NCBI GenBank assembly: GCA_963668625.2
Contig: CAXXKA010000006.1
Span: 160,001-224,000 of the forward strand
Length of the DNA stretch: 64,000 bases
Direction of reading: 5' to 3'
DNA from: an uncultured candidate division Zixibacteria bacterium
GTDB lineage: Bacteria > Zixibacteria > MSB-5A5 > UBA10806 > 4484-95
Shown: positions 39,193-51,833 of the stretch, one piece after another
How positions within the stretch are numbered: position 1 is the stretch's first letter
How the letters are laid out: each line of letters starts with the position of its first letter
Notes under the pieces: model-generated
What the model was told of the DNA's origin: nothing
The model's input: only the letters and a program-made list of their open reading frames with translations
Database searches by the model: none
Position numbers and translations under genes: made by a program

Positions 39193-39290
39193 ATAATAAA
39201 GGATCTATAATGTATGGTATGGATCCGTCTTATTTAATCGGTAGTAAGTAATAGAACCGTAAATGCCTAATGTTCGATATGGATTAAGGA

Positions 39291-40198
39291 ATGATTATGA
39301 ATTCGAATCGTATTATAATTGCAGTAATAATGTTATTAACTTTTGCTTTCTCCTCCACCGTGTTTTCTCAATCGATGTTCTTGCAGAACGAGCAATCCGG
39401 CATTTTATTAGGAGGAGGTATCGAATTCCGTGAGAGCGCTCAAGCTTACGAGGTTTTTGCCTCGTATTCGTTAGCGTCGGTATTGGATATATCGGCGTTT
39501 ATTGGCGATTTGAACGCCGGGAATGCGGACTACAGTGATGGTAATTACATGGGATTCGGGCTAATGGCACATTTATTGAGATCAGGCGCCAATTTAAGCT
39601 ATTCGATTGCCCCGATGTTCTCGCATAGTAAGATAAATTACGATGCTATCTCAGATGATCAAGTTACCGATACTTACGGCGGCTTTTTATATATTCGAAG
39701 CAACAGCTTACGATCCAGATTTTTCCTGGTTGGTGTTGGCATTACCAATTCGAAATCCTCGCTTGAGGTCGGTGGAGATAAGTTTTCCGAGGAAGAGATG
39801 GGATTTACGATAGATTTCAATTCACCATTGTCCGGCCTTCCCATCTCGTTGCGAAGCGCTGCTTCGCAACGTGACTTTTGGGCCGGCAAAATGCGCATTC
39901 TACATGACACAAGAAGGTTTCCAAGCAGCGCTTGGAAACCAGGGAACTAAGCCTAACATAGGCAGGACATATCAGGATGCATGATACGCTGAATATATAA
40001 TTATATCGGAAAACATCTTTCACTAACAATTCCAAGGAGAATTTTAAAGTTTACTGAAAAACACCGGACACTAGTGATTTCAATTATTGTGTTAATCTGC
40101 AAAGCGGTAATAAATTTATCATTAATCCAAGTTTACTCTTTATCGATGATGAAACCGTAACCGGCATTAAATTTGCTTTCATGCTGAGTAATATGTAG
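39291..40198 (+). pseudogene. Probable outer-membrane beta-barrel gene interrupted by a MITE (restored product 214 aa)
   Basis: Removing 39823-40085 restores the frame ...FTIDFN-YCVNLQSGNKFIINPSLLFIDDETVTGIKFAFMLSNM*. Confidence 0.8.
39823..40076. mobile_element. 254-bp non-autonomous MITE
   Basis: TIRs CACCATTGTCCGG / CCGGACACTAGTG (11 of 13 match); 9-bp TSD ATTTCAATT at 39814-39822 and 40077-40085. Confidence 0.88.
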
Positions 40199-40270
40199 CT
40201 TATACTTATTGAGATATCCAAATCGAATGTAGAGAAAAGTAAGTTTTCTAACTTGAAATAAAACTAATAT

Positions 40271-41326
40271 CTATGAATCTCGCCCGCCCAGCATCACACC
40301 GATAGGCTCGAGGCTTTCGACATTATCGCATACGACTTTCACCGCCGCGGTAATCGGAATTGCCAGGATAATACCGATAGCTCCCCAGAGATAACCCCAG
40401 ATTATGGAGGAGATAAGCACTGCCAGAGGATTCAAATTAACAGAATCCGAGGTTAGTTTGGGTGTTATCACATTGGATTCGAGTATCTGTACGATAGCGA
40501 ACAGCAATGCCGGAGGTATCATCGCCGTAAACGAGTTGTTGGTTATTCCTGCGATAATTATCGGGGGGATGGCTCCGATGACCGCGCCGACATAGGGGAT
40601 AAGATTCAATATGCCGGCCAGCGGCCCCCAGATGTAAGCGTACGGCACTTTCATTATTAACAGCCCGGCAGTGAATACTAACGACATGGCGATCGTAATC
40701 ATCACCTTGACATTTATGAATCCGCGCAGTTGCTTGTTTATTTCGTGAAGGATATTGGACGTGGTAGCTTTTTTATCCGTGCCGAACAGTAATTTCATTT
40801 TATCGACGAACATATCGTAGTCGCTCAGTAAAAAATAAGTGAGAAAGAAAAGCAGGAATCCCTGGAAAAGAAATGATGTTAGCGAGCCAATGCTTTTGAA
40901 GAATATTTTTCCGGCTCCCGAGAAATAGCTTGGATCCAACTGAAAATCTTTTAGCTGCGGGAAGATTCCACCCAGCTTGTTGAGATAAAAACCGATCGTA
41001 TCTTTATATTTGTTGAACGTGTCGATACCTGCCTGTTGGTATTTAGGCAGGTCTTTCGCAAGGTTGGCGAATCCGGAGATAATCACTATGGTGATGAGCA
41101 CGCCTAACACCAGTAACACCATCATGACAATAAACACGGCCAGGGCATGCGGAAATTTAATTCGTTTCAACAGGCCGATAATCGGGGCCAACGTATATGC
41201 GGTTGCGGCGGCGATAGCCATGGGTATTAAAATCGGCGCGGCAATATGAAAGAAAAAAGCGGCAGCGGAAATTGCCAGTACCGGCAAGGCGATAGAGCTT
41301 AAAGTTATCGAATTGCTGTTATTCAT
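40271..41326 (-). CDS. AI-2E (PerM) family transporter
   Basis: Polytopic; LNLIPYVG, QILESNVITPK, WG.IG.ILAIP. Confidence 0.9.
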   Translation of the reverse strand: MNNSNSITLSSIALPVLAISAAAFFFHIAAPILIPMAIAAATAYTLAPIIGLLKRIKFPHALAVFIVMMVLLVLGVLITIVIISGFANLAKDLPKYQQAGIDTFNKYKDTIGFYLNKLGGIFPQLKDFQLDPSYFSGAGKIFFKSIGSLTSFLFQGFLLFFLTYFLLSDYDMFVDKMKLLFGTDKKATTSNILHEINKQLRGFINVKVMITIAMSLVFTAGLLIMKVPYAYIWGPLAGILNLIPYVGAVIGAIPPIIIAGITNNSFTAMIPPALLFAIVQILESNVITPKLTSDSVNLNPLAVLISSIIWGYLWGAIGIILAIPITAAVKVVCDNVESLEPIGVMLGGRDS

Positions 41327-41339
41327 AATACCTCCGCTA

Positions 41340-41789
41340 TCATTTATTATTTTCGTGTCTGAGTATGTCTTTAGCCACATCCCTGGATTGGCCGGTTAGT
41401 TTTTTTATGTCGTATCCGCGAAGTTTATCCAGCAGGTCTAAAAAATTTTCGGCCTGCAATTTTCTTATCAGCATACCCAGCGGGCGCGGTTTGAGATTCA
41501 ACGCCGCCATCCAGGAATAATGCGAGGCCATCTCATGCTTTCGCCATTTCTCCAGGGTCGGGAATTGACCTGTCTCGGCCAGAGTCGCGAGTTTCTCCTT
41601 GATTGCCTTGCCTGCTCCGGGGATTTTATCCCATTCACTATTTGACACCACCCGGTCGTATGGCTCCTCTAACGCAGACAGGGCGGCCGCGACCTTGCGA
41701 TACGAGCTTGATTTGAACGGCAGTTCGCCGGCCAGGTCAAGCAGGTCGGCCAATTCTAAAAATAATTCCGCTACTTCCCGGTTGGTCAT
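41340..41789 (-). CDS. Stand-alone PolX N-terminal (HhH, 8-kDa lyase-like) domain protein
   Basis: MTNREVA..F.ELADLL...GE..FK..SYRKVA, IPGAGKAIKEK, ETG. Confidence 0.78.
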   Translation of the reverse strand: MTNREVAELFLELADLLDLAGELPFKSSSYRKVAAALSALEEPYDRVVSNSEWDKIPGAGKAIKEKLATLAETGQFPTLEKWRKHEMASHYSWMAALNLKPRPLGMLIRKLQAENFLDLLDKLRGYDIKKLTGQSRDVAKDILRHENNK

Positions 41790-41790
41790 A

Positions 41791-43872
<2,082 letters not shown>

Positions 43873-43963
43873 TTAAGCTTTAACTTGACACGGTATGCTT
43901 GTTTACCGTATTTTCATGAACTATGTATCAAGGATTAATCCGACAAGATTGGGAGATAAGAAT

Positions 43964-45721
43964 ATGAAAAAAGTTGCCTTTTTTATCGTACTCGTAGGCC
44001 TTATGATAACCGCCTGCCTGTTTAAGCCCTCCACCGATATGGATAAAACGAAAATGGTATTAGCCACGGTCGGAGATAAAACGGTTAACGCCGGTGAAAT
44101 GGATTCGCTGGCTATGGCGGAAGGATTTATCATTACTGATACCACCGATGTCGAACCGATCAAAGAGGCGTTACTTGATTCATTAATAGATGGTAAGCTA
44201 ATCGATATACTGAAAGATTCAATTGCCCTGACACTCAACAATGATCTCGACTTCGTCGAAAGCCGCAACCGCGAGGTCGGTAATGCCGTTTTTCGCCTGA
44301 TGTTCGAAGGCGAGGTACAGGCGGTAGTTAAGGTCGATTCCGTTGATGTTCAAAAGCATTATGATGACAACAGCGAGACATACTATACGGCCGAACAGGT
44401 CAAAGCCTCGCATATTCTCATACCGCCGCCCAGGCCCGATACCGTCGGTGTGAAATCGAAAGATAAGATAGCCGCTATAATCGAAAAGAACGATATGGAA
44501 ACGCTCGAGAGAGCTACGGCGGTTTACAAGCAGGCGATTGCCGGTGAAAATTGGGACAGCCTCGTTGTCAAATACTCTCAGGATGCTACGAATAACAAAA
44601 AGGGTGGTGACCTGGGTTATTTCGCTCGGGGACGAATGGTGGCCGCTTTCGATTCGGCCGCGTTTGCCGGCAAGGTCGGTGATATTGTCGGGCCGGTGAA
44701 AACCCGTTACGGTTACCATGTAATCAAGATTGATGATCATAAGATGCCCGAGCCGATCCCGCTGGATTCCGAGCTCAGAACCGAGATTCAGGCGTTGATG
44801 AGATCGAAGCAGGAGAAGGCTCGCGCCGATGAATTCCTCGATTCATTAAAGGCCGAGGGAATATATGAGTATAACGAGGAGGCGCTGGCCAAAGAGGATA
44901 GCCTGGTAGAACCCACCACCTGGGTTCTGGTGGTTAATAACAGCGATACCGTTTATCAACAGCGGGTGACGAAAGACTTTCCGAAATACCGCCGGTTCCA
45001 TAAAATAGATGAGTGGACTGTTGATGATAAAAAAGCTATGTTGAAAGAGGTATCGGCGACATTCCTGCTGCGCGCCGCCGGCAAGAAACTCGGTTATTAC
45101 GAGAAGCCGGGAGCACTCGATGCTAAAAACAAGTTCACCGACCGAGAGGCGACTACCAGGTCTATTAATTTTTTAAGAGATCTCGAGTACAAACCCTCCG
45201 AGGAGGAGATTGAGGCTTATTATAACGCCAATTTCGATGAGCTTTACAGGGAGAAAAAGCCGATACATGTTCAGCATATAATTTTCGAGGATTCCGCCAG
45301 AGCTATGGCGATTCGTGATTCCCTGGTTAACGGCGCCGATTTTAAGGAGATGGCTTTGAAATATTATCCGGGTGAGCCTGAAATAAGAGAGGTCGCATAC
45401 GATCTCGGGTTTATCTCGGAGGAGGAATTGGGCAAAGAGTTTTTCGACCATATCTCGGGATTAGAATCCGGTGATATCTCCATGCCTTTTAAAACCGAAT
45501 GGGGATATCATGTTGTTAGACTTGTTGATAAGAGAAAAGATAAGAAAATCGATCAGGTTCGCCCGGGAATTCGTAAAAAGTTAATGGAGGCAGCCGACCG
45601 AAAAGTTAAAGATAATTATCTAAACGCTAAACGCCAGGAAGTAGTTGTAAAGATAAATCATGACGCGGTCAAAAAATACAAATTACCAGAATCGCTGCAC
45701 TCAATCGAAATCAAACCTTGA
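43964..45721 (+). CDS. PpiC-type peptidylprolyl isomerase lipoprotein (two rotamase domains)
   Basis: Lipobox ITA-C; ASHIL, GGDLGYF, TRYGYHVI; second domain VQHI..DLGF..TEWGYHVV. Confidence 0.88.
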   Translation: MKKVAFFIVLVGLMITACLFKPSTDMDKTKMVLATVGDKTVNAGEMDSLAMAEGFIITDTTDVEPIKEALLDSLIDGKLIDILKDSIALTLNNDLDFVESRNREVGNAVFRLMFEGEVQAVVKVDSVDVQKHYDDNSETYYTAEQVKASHILIPPPRPDTVGVKSKDKIAAIIEKNDMETLERATAVYKQAIAGENWDSLVVKYSQDATNNKKGGDLGYFARGRMVAAFDSAAFAGKVGDIVGPVKTRYGYHVIKIDDHKMPEPIPLDSELRTEIQALMRSKQEKARADEFLDSLKAEGIYEYNEEALAKEDSLVEPTTWVLVVNNSDTVYQQRVTKDFPKYRRFHKIDEWTVDDKKAMLKEVSATFLLRAAGKKLGYYEKPGALDAKNKFTDREATTRSINFLRDLEYKPSEEEIEAYYNANFDELYREKKPIHVQHIIFEDSARAMAIRDSLVNGADFKEMALKYYPGEPEIREVAYDLGFISEEELGKEFFDHISGLESGDISMPFKTEWGYHVVRLVDKRKDKKIDQVRPGIRKKLMEAADRKVKDNYLNAKRQEVVVKINHDAVKKYKLPESLHSIEIKP

Positions 45722-46358
45722 GGAAGAACTAGCCCCTGAAGGTATAAGCAGGAAAGATAAATCTTATCTCAGTTTCAGGGGCGAGCTATTCCGTAAGGGT
45801 ATACACCTGTGCTCGCTGTTAATACCTGCGTTTTATTTTCTGTTTAATTCTACTATAGTTATATCTATTCTTTTGGGCGGATTTATCCTGTTGTCCGGTC
45901 TCGATTTAGTCAGGTTGTATGGTAATTATGCCGTCCGTAAGTATCTCGGCATCGCTATAGGCTTTATGCTAAGGCCGCGAGAGCAGAAAAGTTTTTCCGG
46001 CGCAACTACTATTGTCTTTGCCGGTTTGTTGGTATACCTGTTCTACGATTTGCCGATAGCGGCCGCCTCGATGGTGATTATCATTATCGGTGATCCGGCT
46101 GCGGCTGTTATCGGAAGGATAGTGGGTAAGATTCGATTCAATAATAAGAAATCACTGGAGGGCACATTGGCGTTCATAATGTTCTCTCTTCTGGGGGTAC
46201 TGATTATACCGGGTCTCGATTTCCAACTTGGATTAGCGGGCGTCCTCGTTGGCGCTTTATTCGAAATATTGCCTGTGCCTATCGATGATAATATCAGTGT
46301 GCCGATTATCGCCGGCGGAGTAATGCAGGTTATGCTTACGTATCAGATGTTTCCCTGA
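45718..46358 (+). CDS. SEC59/DGK1/VTE5-family (cytidylyltransferase-like) polyprenol kinase
   Basis: RKGIH, GDPAAAVIG, KKSLEG, DDNISVP; start codon uncertain. Confidence 0.82.
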
Positions 46359-46524
46359 TTGTCTGAAACTTTCGACTTAGACTCGCATATAAATTTACAG
46401 AATGGTTAAGAATGTTGCGGAAACATTCGCCAAAAGTTAGTTTTTGACAACATTATGGTTGACTGATGTTGGAGAACTTATTATTATATAATAGGTCTTT
46501 TCCAAACATAGAACAGGAGGCTAT

Positions 46525-46728
46525 ATGCTCAAAGGCAAGGTAAGTTGGTTTAACGACTTAAAGGGTTATGGTTTCATCACGAGCCAGAGCTTACCTGAAT
46601 CGGTGTTTGTCCGTTTTCTGGACATTCGCACTCCTGGATATAAGACGCTTAAAAAGGGGGATAATGTATCATTTGATGTTGAGCGATCGACGCTCGGTGT
46701 AAGAGCGACTAACGTAACGAAGATGTAA
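46525..46728 (+). CDS. Cold-shock domain protein
   Basis: GKVSWFN..KGYGFI, VFV, GYKTL. Confidence 0.9.
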   Translation: MLKGKVSWFNDLKGYGFITSQSLPESVFVRFLDIRTPGYKTLKKGDNVSFDVERSTLGVRATNVTKM

Positions 46729-46825
46729 TTCGTAGACAATATTAATTTAACCTGGCTATCTTATTCGATAGTTAATAATGAAATAGGCCGCTGCCCCCCA
46801 GCGGCTTATTTATTTCGGAGGCTTG

Positions 46826-47848
46826 ATGGGCGATTTTGTTGATTTGCGGTCCGATACGGTTACCCGGCCCTCTAAAGGGATGCGTGAGGCTATAGCCGGG
46901 GCGAAAGTCGGGGATGACGTGTTCGAGGATGATTATACCGTACAGGAATTGGAACGCAAAGTCGCCGATATCCTGGGCAAAGAAGCGGCCTTGTTCGTAC
47001 CCTCGGGGACTATGGCGAATCAGATATCACTGCGGGTGTTATGTAATCCCGGAGATGAGGTGATTTGCGAACGAAATAGCCATATCATTAATTATGAAGT
47101 AGCCGCCGCCTCTGCTATATCGGGTATTATGCTTTCCCCTTATGACGGCGATAAAGGCAAGCTCTCATTGTCGCAAATATCGGATGCAGTCAGAGTTCCT
47201 GATGTTCATCACCCTAATACTAAATTAGTGGCTCTGGAAAATACCCATAACAGGGCTGGTGGCGCAGTTTTAGAACTTGAGTATATCGGTGAGACCGAGA
47301 AACTGGTGCGGGAGCTTGGTCTGGGATTCTATCTTGATGGCGCCCGTCTGTGGAACGCGGCTATTTCCCTGGGCGTTGAACCCTCACAGATTGCCGGTCA
47401 TTTCGATATGGTCTCAGTGTGTTTCTCGAAAGGTCTGGGTGCGCCTATTGGCTCGGCGGTTTGCGGCAGTAAGGATAATATCATTAAAGCCCGGCGAATA
47501 AGGAAAATGCTCGGCGGCGGTATGAGGCAGGCCGGAATTATCGCCTCGGCGGCTTTATACGCGGTCAGCAATAATTATACTCGTCTGGCTGATGACCACA
47601 AACGCGCGGCATATTTCGCTGAAAAAATTGCCGGAATCGATGGTATTGAAATAGACTATAAGAGCGTTCAAACCAATATCGTGATTTTCAGCCCCAAATC
47701 GCCTGTCGATGAATTCCTGGAAAAAGCGAGGTTGAAAGGTTTATCGATGGTGCCGTTCGGTAAAAAACAGGTGCGGGCCGTGATTCATCTGGATATATCC
47801 GATTCTGATATAGAAAAAGCGGTAGAAATCATATCAAGTATTGTCTGA
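46826..47848 (+). CDS. ltaE: Low-specificity L-threonine aldolase
   Basis: DLRSDTVT, SGTMAN, ENTHN, DGARL, SKGLGAP, GGGMRQAG. Confidence 0.94.
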   Translation: MGDFVDLRSDTVTRPSKGMREAIAGAKVGDDVFEDDYTVQELERKVADILGKEAALFVPSGTMANQISLRVLCNPGDEVICERNSHIINYEVAAASAISGIMLSPYDGDKGKLSLSQISDAVRVPDVHHPNTKLVALENTHNRAGGAVLELEYIGETEKLVRELGLGFYLDGARLWNAAISLGVEPSQIAGHFDMVSVCFSKGLGAPIGSAVCGSKDNIIKARRIRKMLGGGMRQAGIIASAALYAVSNNYTRLADDHKRAAYFAEKIAGIDGIEIDYKSVQTNIVIFSPKSPVDEFLEKARLKGLSMVPFGKKQVRAVIHLDISDSDIEKAVEIISSIV

Positions 47849-47967
47849 TAACTGAATATATCCCTCCAATCGCCGATAAATTAATAAAATACAGTAATAA
47901 TCGAAGGGGGATTAGTATTAAGTCGATCCTGATTAATGTTTTTATTTTATTTATCTGGACTGCCAGT

Positions 47968-49407
47968 ATGGCGTTGGTTTATACTCATAATTATTCGGAT
48001 AAACCAACCGCTGATCTTGCATCAATAAACCAAGTATCCGATATTGAGCCGGGCACTAAGCGTTGGTATGATGTCCAGCTTAACGGTAACAAAATCGGAT
48101 ATGCCATGATGTCGTACAATAAATCCCCGTTGGGATACGTGTTTAAAGACTACTCGCTTTTGCGTATGCCGATGGCCGGTGTGATGCGTGAAGTGCTTTT
48201 GGATTTCTATGCGGTTGTCGACAAAGAGTACTCGGTGAAATCGTTCACGTTCGGATTGGCCTCCGGCGACTACACCACCGATATCTTCGGCGGCGTTCAG
48301 GGTGGCTTTCTGGAGATGGATGTTCGCACGGAAGGCGAACCCACCCATATAGCGATTCCTCTCGTGGATGGAGTATATCTTCCCGGTATGGTTCCGTTAT
48401 TATTAGCCTCGCGGGGATTTCCCGCCGGCGAGTTCGGCCTTACCAGCCTGGATCCGTTTAACCTGGCCGTGGGCGAGATGGTTGTCAGGGTGATCGGTAA
48501 GGAAAGTATAAAGGTGGATGGCGATAAATACGAGACTAACAAGATTGAAATAGAGAACTCAGGAATGAGTACCACGATGTTCGTTCTGGATGATGGCACG
48601 GTGGTCAAAGAGATCGAGACTGCCGGTATGGAAATGCATCTGACCAGCCGCGAAAAAGCGCTGGATATACCTGAGATCAATCCCGATTGGGATATCCTGA
48701 AAAGCCTGGCGGTTGGTGTCGATCGCGAACTCGATAATCCTCGCGAGGCGGCTTATATGAAAGTCGAACTTCAGGGGATAGAGAAGGCCGGATTTAATCT
48801 CGAAGATGATTTCCAGAACAAGCTTTCGGATAAACCACTGGTGATTGAGATGTCCTCCGATGAATGCGCTTTTAATGATAATGACACGGGTATCGTTAAT
48901 TTAGATAGATATCTCAAGCCCGAGAATTTCATCCAAAGCGATGATCTGAATATTATCCGTCAGGCATTACTGATAATCAAAGATATGGAGGATGATCGTA
49001 TCAAGGCGCGGGCGATTGCCGACTGGGTATATAGTAATATCGAAAAAGACTACGCAATATCACTACCCTCGGCCACGGATGTTTTAAGGGTGCGACGTGG
49101 CGATTGCAACGAGCATTCGGCATTATATACGGCGCTGGCGAGAGCTGCGGGTATCCCGACCAAGATTTGCCTGGGGGTGGTTTACAGCCAGGATATGTTC
49201 TACTATCACGCCTGGCCTGCCGTATATCTCGATGGATGCTGGATAGCTATCGATCCTACCCTGGGGCAGGAGGTTGCCGACGCCACGCATATCATGCTGC
49301 TGCAGGGGGGATATGACGCTCAGGCCAGCTTGATGAGAATAGTAGGTAAACTACAAGTTAAAGTATTAGAATATAAAACATCAACACGAGTAGCAAGCAC
49401 GCAATGA
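47968..49407 (+). CDS. Transglutaminase-like domain protein (true start may be upstream, ~47917)
   Basis: GDCNEHS, RAAGIP, HAW, DPT catalytic triad. Confidence 0.85.
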   Translation: MALVYTHNYSDKPTADLASINQVSDIEPGTKRWYDVQLNGNKIGYAMMSYNKSPLGYVFKDYSLLRMPMAGVMREVLLDFYAVVDKEYSVKSFTFGLASGDYTTDIFGGVQGGFLEMDVRTEGEPTHIAIPLVDGVYLPGMVPLLLASRGFPAGEFGLTSLDPFNLAVGEMVVRVIGKESIKVDGDKYETNKIEIENSGMSTTMFVLDDGTVVKEIETAGMEMHLTSREKALDIPEINPDWDILKSLAVGVDRELDNPREAAYMKVELQGIEKAGFNLEDDFQNKLSDKPLVIEMSSDECAFNDNDTGIVNLDRYLKPENFIQSDDLNIIRQALLIIKDMEDDRIKARAIADWVYSNIEKDYAISLPSATDVLRVRRGDCNEHSALYTALARAAGIPTKICLGVVYSQDMFYYHAWPAVYLDGCWIAIDPTLGQEVADATHIMLLQGGYDAQASLMRIVGKLQVKVLEYKTSTRVASTQ

Positions 49408-50132
49408 TTAAAATCACGAATTTGACCAAGAAGTACGGCGAGCATATTGCTGTAGATAATTTGAGTCTCGGTATAAAGCCCGGTGAACTATTCGGTTTTT
49501 TAGGACCCAACGGCGCCGGCAAAACCACCACTATCAAGATGATGACCGGGATATTGAAACCGACCGAAGGTAGTATCGAGATCAACGGGATCAATATCGA
49601 AAGCGAGCCGGAAAAAGCCAAAAAGCTCATAGGATATATCCCGGACGATCCATACCTGTACGACAGATTGAGCGCCCGCGAATATCTTCGTTTCGTCGGT
49701 GGTTTGTATAACATGGAGCCTGAGCTTATCGAGGAGAGATCGAAAGAGCTATTCGATATTTTCGGGATGAATAGTTGGGTGGACAAACATTGCGAGGAGT
49801 TTTCGCATGGTATGAGGCAGAAAATAGTATTTTGCTCGGCATTCCTTCATCGCCCGAAAGTAATGATAGTCGACGAACCGATGGTGGGGCTCGATCCGCA
49901 ATCGAGCAGGCTGGTTAAGGATATGATGAAGCAGTACGCCATTGACGGCAACACCGTATTCATCTCCACTCACGTACTTTCGGTGGCCGAGGAGCTATGC
50001 GATCGGATAGGAATAATCAACAGGAGCAAACTCATAGAAACCGGCACGTTTACTGAATTGAAAGCCAAAGCCGCCCGGGAGGACGTTAATCTCGAAACGT
50101 TGTTTTTAGAGCTAACCGAAAACAGGATTTAA
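49404..50132 (+). CDS. ABC transporter ATP-binding protein
   Basis: GPNGAGKT, FSHGMRQ, VDEP. Confidence 0.92.
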   Translation: MIKITNLTKKYGEHIAVDNLSLGIKPGELFGFLGPNGAGKTTTIKMMTGILKPTEGSIEINGINIESEPEKAKKLIGYIPDDPYLYDRLSAREYLRFVGGLYNMEPELIEERSKELFDIFGMNSWVDKHCEEFSHGMRQKIVFCSAFLHRPKVMIVDEPMVGLDPQSSRLVKDMMKQYAIDGNTVFISTHVLSVAEELCDRIGIINRSKLIETGTFTELKAKAAREDVNLETLFLELTENRI

Positions 50133-50135
50133 CGT

Positions 50136-51833
50136 ATGTTTCTTCTTAAGCATATTCTCGCCTATAAATATATCAATATAACCTCGTATTTGAAAGGCTC
50201 CGATCTCGAAAGGAAACTTCGCGTATATACCGGCGCTTTTATAATGCTTTTATTTTTTGCAGGAAGTTTATACTTTTTCTACTACATATTCGATTACCTG
50301 GCCGGGTTACAGGATATCGGTTTTTTGCTTATCGACAAAATTCTTTCGATAGCGTTCCTGGCAATATTCATAATGTTGATGATTTCCAATATCATAACGG
50401 CCGTCTCGACTTTGTATCGTTCGGAGGAAACGATATATTATTTTTCCACACCGGTCTCGCATCTCAAGGTGTTCGCGATAAGGTTTATCGATAATGTCAT
50501 GTATTCCACCTGGGGAGTTTTACTACTGGGCATACCTCTTATTATCGCTTATGGCATCGTTCGGGATTTCAGTTGGTGGCATTATTTCGTAGAGATTTTG
50601 TTCGTGATGATTCCCTATACGATTATACCGGCATGTATAGGCGTGGGATTTACGCTATTGTTATATTTGCTTTCGAAATACATTCATCCTCGTTCGACAT
50701 TTCTGGTAATTATTTCCTTATCGGTCGCGGTTGCCGTGGTATATTTGAAAATCGGTGGCACCTCATCGCTTGCCCATAATGTCATGACCGACTGGCGAGT
50801 ACTCAACAGGTTCTTAGGCTCGCTGGCGGCAACCTCGTTTCCGTATCTTCCGAGTTTCTGGATCGCGGAGACATTGAAAAGTATGGCCGCCAATTCGGGC
50901 AAAGATTTCGCGATTTACCTGCTCGCGTTGATATCGAATGCGCTGTTTTTACTCAGGTTCGTATTCGTATTGGCCGAGCATTGTTATTATATGAGCTGGC
51001 AAGCCTCGGTTAACCTTCATACGACCGAACCCTCGAAAGTATCGAAAGATTGGAAAGCCCCGAAGTTTTTCAGACTGCCTGCCTGGTTACCCTCCGATTT
51101 CAGGAGTGTGTTGGCCAAGGATCTGAAATTGTTCGTTCGCGATCCGGCTCAGTGGGGGCAGTTTTCGGTACTGCTGGTTCTTTTGATAATTTACCTGGTT
51201 AATCTCAGGTATTTTCCGCAAAGTATGAATGATAAGTTCTGGCGTACCGTCATCAGTTTCGCCAATTTCGCCTTTACTGGTTTTATCCTGGCGACTTTAT
51301 CGGTGCGATTCGTATATCCCAATATCAGCCTCGAGGGCAAATCATTTTGGGCCATTTCATCTTCGCCAATGACAATCAAGAAGCTTTTCTGGGAGAAATT
51401 CTGGTTGGCTTTCTTGATATTCGCTTTTATCGCCGAGGTACTGGCTGTTATCTCCAATATAATGCTGGGCCTTCAGGGCTATATGATGATACTTAGTTTC
51501 TTCTCGATACTTCTCATGTCGATTGCCTTAACCAGCTTGTCGGTGGGGATGGGCGCGGTGTTCCCTCGTTTCGAGGAATCGAATCCCGGGAGGATAGCCT
51601 CCTCGATGGGCGGAATGATTACCACCGTGCTGAGCCTGGTGTATGTTGGCTTGATGGTAATTATACTGGCGCTGCCGACATACCATTACACCTCCTACAT
51701 AATGGATGGACTGAAAAGTTTCCCGGTATATGAATTCGTGTTTGCCGGTATTTTAATGCTGGTTTTAAATTTGACAACGATCATATTTCCTATTAAAATC
51801 GGTTTGAAAAGTTTAAGCTCGAGGGATTTTTAA
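50136..51833 (+). CDS. Putative ABC exporter permease
   Basis: Polytopic; KDLKLFVRD, RFVYP.ISLEG; follows the ATPase. Confidence 0.8.
   Translation: MFLLKHILAYKYINITSYLKGSDLERKLRVYTGAFIMLLFFAGSLYFFYYIFDYLAGLQDIGFLLIDKILSIAFLAIFIMLMISNIITAVSTLYRSEETIYYFSTPVSHLKVFAIRFIDNVMYSTWGVLLLGIPLIIAYGIVRDFSWWHYFVEILFVMIPYTIIPACIGVGFTLLLYLLSKYIHPRSTFLVIISLSVAVAVVYLKIGGTSSLAHNVMTDWRVLNRFLGSLAATSFPYLPSFWIAETLKSMAANSGKDFAIYLLALISNALFLLRFVFVLAEHCYYMSWQASVNLHTTEPSKVSKDWKAPKFFRLPAWLPSDFRSVLAKDLKLFVRDPAQWGQFSVLLVLLIIYLVNLRYFPQSMNDKFWRTVISFANFAFTGFILATLSVRFVYPNISLEGKSFWAISSSPMTIKKLFWEKFWLAFLIFAFIAEVLAVISNIMLGLQGYMMILSFFSILLMSIALTSLSVGMGAVFPRFEESNPGRIASSMGGMITTVLSLVYVGLMVIILALPTYHYTSYIMDGLKSFPVYEFVFAGILMLVLNLTTIIFPIKIGLKSLSSRDF

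Noticed and set aside
39039-39251. 70-aa ORF upstream of the MITE-disrupted gene
   Set aside because: No SD or motif, and it overlaps the mobile-element end remnant
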